A DNA stretch of 59,356 bases, counting the filler, from Candidatus Woesearchaeota archaeon CG1_02_57_44 (GTDB lineage Archaea; Nanobdellota; Nanobdellia; Woesearchaeales; CG1-02-57-44), in the NCBI GenBank assembly GCA_001871415.1. It is 3 parts of 3 records of this genome, joined end to end, with 100 filler letters (N's around TTAATTAATTAA, not from the genome) between each part and the next. Parts side by side here need not be neighbours in the genome. Positions count along the whole stretch, not along the records: positions 33,560 to 59,356 come from MNWW01000049.1; 2 more parts are not named here. One strand, 5' to 3'. Shown one piece after another: positions 57,191-59,356 of the stretch (position 1 is its first letter; the number at the start of each line of letters is the position of its first letter). The notes under the pieces were generated by a model. The model saw only the letters and a list, made by a program, of their open reading frames with translations. It was not told where the DNA came from and searched no databases. The translations under genes were made by a program, and so were the position numbers.

Positions 57191-57576
57191 AGCAAAAACA
57201 GAAGGGCAGCAGCGCTGAGCGCGAATTGATATCCTTATTCTGGGAGCATGGCTGGGCAGCGATCAGAGCCGCGGGCTCTGGCAGCCAACGCCATCCAAGC
57301 CCTGATGTGCTGGCGGCAAATAGCATAAGGACCATCGCCATCGAGGCGAAGGCAGAAGGCACGCTGACGAAGTATCTCAGCGACGCGGATATACAGCAAT
57401 TGCGGGAATTTGCGCGTTTGTTCGGCGCTGAGCCCTGGCTTGCCGTGCGCTATGACAAGATGGGATGGTATTTCTTCAATCCTGAGGATCTTAAGAAGAC
57501 GCCGAAAGGTTACGCCGCGGACATCCTGCTGGCGAAGGCAAAGGGGTTGAGTTTTTCTGAACTGATAGGAGATTGA
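57187..57576 (+). CDS. hjc: Holliday junction resolvase Hjc
   Basis: KGSSAEREL..RAAGSG..PDVLA..IEAK; GTGA overlap with E1. Confidence 0.95.
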   Translation: MKQKQKGSSAERELISLFWEHGWAAIRAAGSGSQRHPSPDVLAANSIRTIAIEAKAEGTLTKYLSDADIQQLREFARLFGAEPWLAVRYDKMGWYFFNPEDLKKTPKGYAADILLAKAKGLSFSELIGD

Positions 57577-57682
57577 TAAAGAATGATGAAATAGGGTGAC
57601 CCTGAGGAGCTAAAGCAACCGGCAACCCCTAAGCAGACCAACAGGAAGAAACAGTAATAAAACAAAAAAACAGAAGAGCGCG

Positions 57683-57904
57683 TTAGCGCTTCTTTTTCTT
57701 GCCCTTGCTGACTTTCCTGCCAACAGCTTTTTCAATCTTGAGCTCTTCCTTGAGCAGGTTGTTTGCTACGCGCTCGATGTGTTCTTCGACATTGGCGACG
57801 CGCCGCTCGATGAGGAACAGCAGTCGAAGGCTGTAGACGATGGCTGCCAAAGTGCCAACGACAATGGCAAGTATTGCTTGCTGCAAAGATAGTGGATCGG
57901 CCAT
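57683..57904 (-). CDS. Small single-TM protein with coiled coil and basic tail
   Basis: 73 aa; RBS GGAGG; TATA at ~57943. Confidence 0.7.
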   Translation of the reverse strand: MADPLSLQQAILAIVVGTLAAIVYSLRLLFLIERRVANVEEHIERVANNLLKEELKIEKAVGRKVSKGKKKKR

Positions 57905-57987
57905 GTGGTATCCCTCCTACCCGACATTGAGGGTGACAAACCTTATAAACATTTGTAGGAACGCTACAGTAGTAACAAATGAGTAAG

Positions 57988-57995
57988 TTTATATA
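57988..57995 (+). promoter_or_regulatory. TATA box for the TrmB-family gene
   Basis: GTAAG-TTTATATA upstream of 58044. Confidence 0.6.
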
Positions 57996-58043
57996 TCATA
58001 CATTCTTTCCCCCGAATCACATCCACACAAAGCAGGTGCGAAC

Positions 58044-58829
58044 ATGATTGTCCAAAAAGAATTCCTTGGTAAACTGCGCGATTTTGGCCTGAACAGCTAC
58101 GAGAGTCGGCTTTGGACCGCTCTTCTGTCCCGTGGTGTGTCTACTGCAGGTGAGCTCTCAGACATCTCTAATGTCCCGAGAAGCAGGACCTATGACGTTC
58201 TTGAGTCCCTGGAAAAGAAGGGATTTATTATTATGAAATTGGGTAAACCCATCAAATACCTTGCTGTGCCTCCAGACGAGGTCCTTGACCGCGTCAAGAA
58301 GCGTGTTGTTGAGGACTCTGAACACAAGGCGGATATGCTCGATAAGCTACGCGATTCCAAGACGTTAGAGGAGCTGAAGTACATCCATCAGGAAGGCGTC
58401 ACGAAAATTGACCCGACGGATCTGTCCGGCAGCATCCGTGGCAGGACGCAAGTCTACAATCACATCGACATGCTCATCAAGAGCAGTGAGGAGAGCATCG
58501 ACTTCATGACAACGCCTGATGGCTTTGACAGGAAGATGGACGCGTTCAAGCGCTCTCTGAAAAAAGCCATGGGCAAAGGCGTCAAGGTACGCGCGCTCAT
58601 CAGCCCGGGCAAAGTCACAGAAACCGACATTGTTAAGAAAATTGAGATCCGCAAGAACGTGAAAGTGAACGCGCGCGTGGTCATCATTGACAAGAAGCAT
58701 CTGATACTGTTCCTGACCAATGATACGGAAACGCATCCAAGTTACGATACGGGTGTCTGGCTGGGTGCGGATTTCTTCGGCCAGGCAATGCAAGACTTCT
58801 ATGGGATGCTCTGGCAAGAGAGCAAGTAA
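58044..58829 (+). CDS. TrmB-family transcriptional regulator
   Basis: FGLNSYE..VPRSRTYDVLESLEKKGF..KPIKY wHTH, PLD-like C-domain. Confidence 0.93.
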   Translation: MIVQKEFLGKLRDFGLNSYESRLWTALLSRGVSTAGELSDISNVPRSRTYDVLESLEKKGFIIMKLGKPIKYLAVPPDEVLDRVKKRVVEDSEHKADMLDKLRDSKTLEELKYIHQEGVTKIDPTDLSGSIRGRTQVYNHIDMLIKSSEESIDFMTTPDGFDRKMDAFKRSLKKAMGKGVKVRALISPGKVTETDIVKKIEIRKNVKVNARVVIIDKKHLILFLTNDTETHPSYDTGVWLGADFFGQAMQDFYGMLWQESK

Positions 58830-59002
58830 CTATCTATACATCCGCTTGCTTTCGCAAGCGATTTTTATCTGTCTTTGTTCTTGTCATTATGTCTTGCATA
58901 GCAGTGCACCACATAGCTTCAAAGCGAGGAACACACCAATCAACAGATCTGATGAACCGAGGACGCTGCAAACCATAGCGATACAAGCAACAGACCTCCC
59001 AC

Positions 59003-59356
59003 ACCCCCATTTCCACTGCAATATGATTTGTGTTGCCCTGAAAATAAAAAATAGCCACTACAAAACATAAATCAAAACATATCAATTAAAAAAAATATAT
59101 TATAATATATATCATATAAAATAGCCAATATAAGATATATGATTACCCTGATAGAACATAGATTTTTTCTTCGGTCTTAAATTTCATTTTTTTCCTTATG
59201 CTTCAGATTTCATCTTTTCTTCTGGTTTAGCTCCATAGTGATTTTTCCTTCATTTCTTTCTTTTTTCTTTTTCATTCTTTTTGATTACATTATATTATTA
59301 TATTATTTATTTACATTATTGAAATAAATTCATTCATTCATTCATACTACCCTTCC
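59003..59356. other. Candidate replication origin: ORB-like box plus AT-rich unwinding element
   Basis: Minus-strand TTGCAGTGGAAATGGGGGT at 59003-59021, followed by >300 nt of very AT-rich non-coding DNA. Confidence 0.55.

Noticed and set aside
58834..59085. ORFs 58834..59085 and 58720..59070
   Set aside because: Low-GC, non-coding-like composition overlapping the origin candidate

Overview
Archaeal DNA of roughly 60% GC, very likely DPANN (Woesearchaeota-like), judged from the fused PriS-PriL primase, the N-extended S14 and TATA-box promoters. It is three contigs joined by artificial 100-nt N/TTAATTAATTAA linkers (26193-26292 and 33460-33559). Contig 1 holds the fused primase, the L3-to-SecY ribosomal superoperon with a long structured leader, L34e, L14e, RFC small subunit, a coiled-coil protein, a circularly permuted ATP-grasp protein and a lipoprotein. 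Contig 2 holds the secD 3' end, a DMT transporter pair, a phasin/H1-like protein with an AarF/UbiB kinase and pyrH, rpoN, and three fibre-like membrane proteins. Contig 3 holds a de novo pyrimidine operon (CAD-like carAB, no pyrI), a divergent purF, a 1657-aa Cys-rich secreted protein, a tRNA sulfur-relay cluster, hjc, a TrmB regulator and an AT-rich oriC candidate with an ORB-like box. The most striking features are a ~138-bp highly palindromic non-coding element at four contig ends, the structured L3 leader, Ala/Lys-rich tails on eight ribosomal proteins, and the permuted ATP-grasp. All calls come from motif reading by eye; no database search was run.
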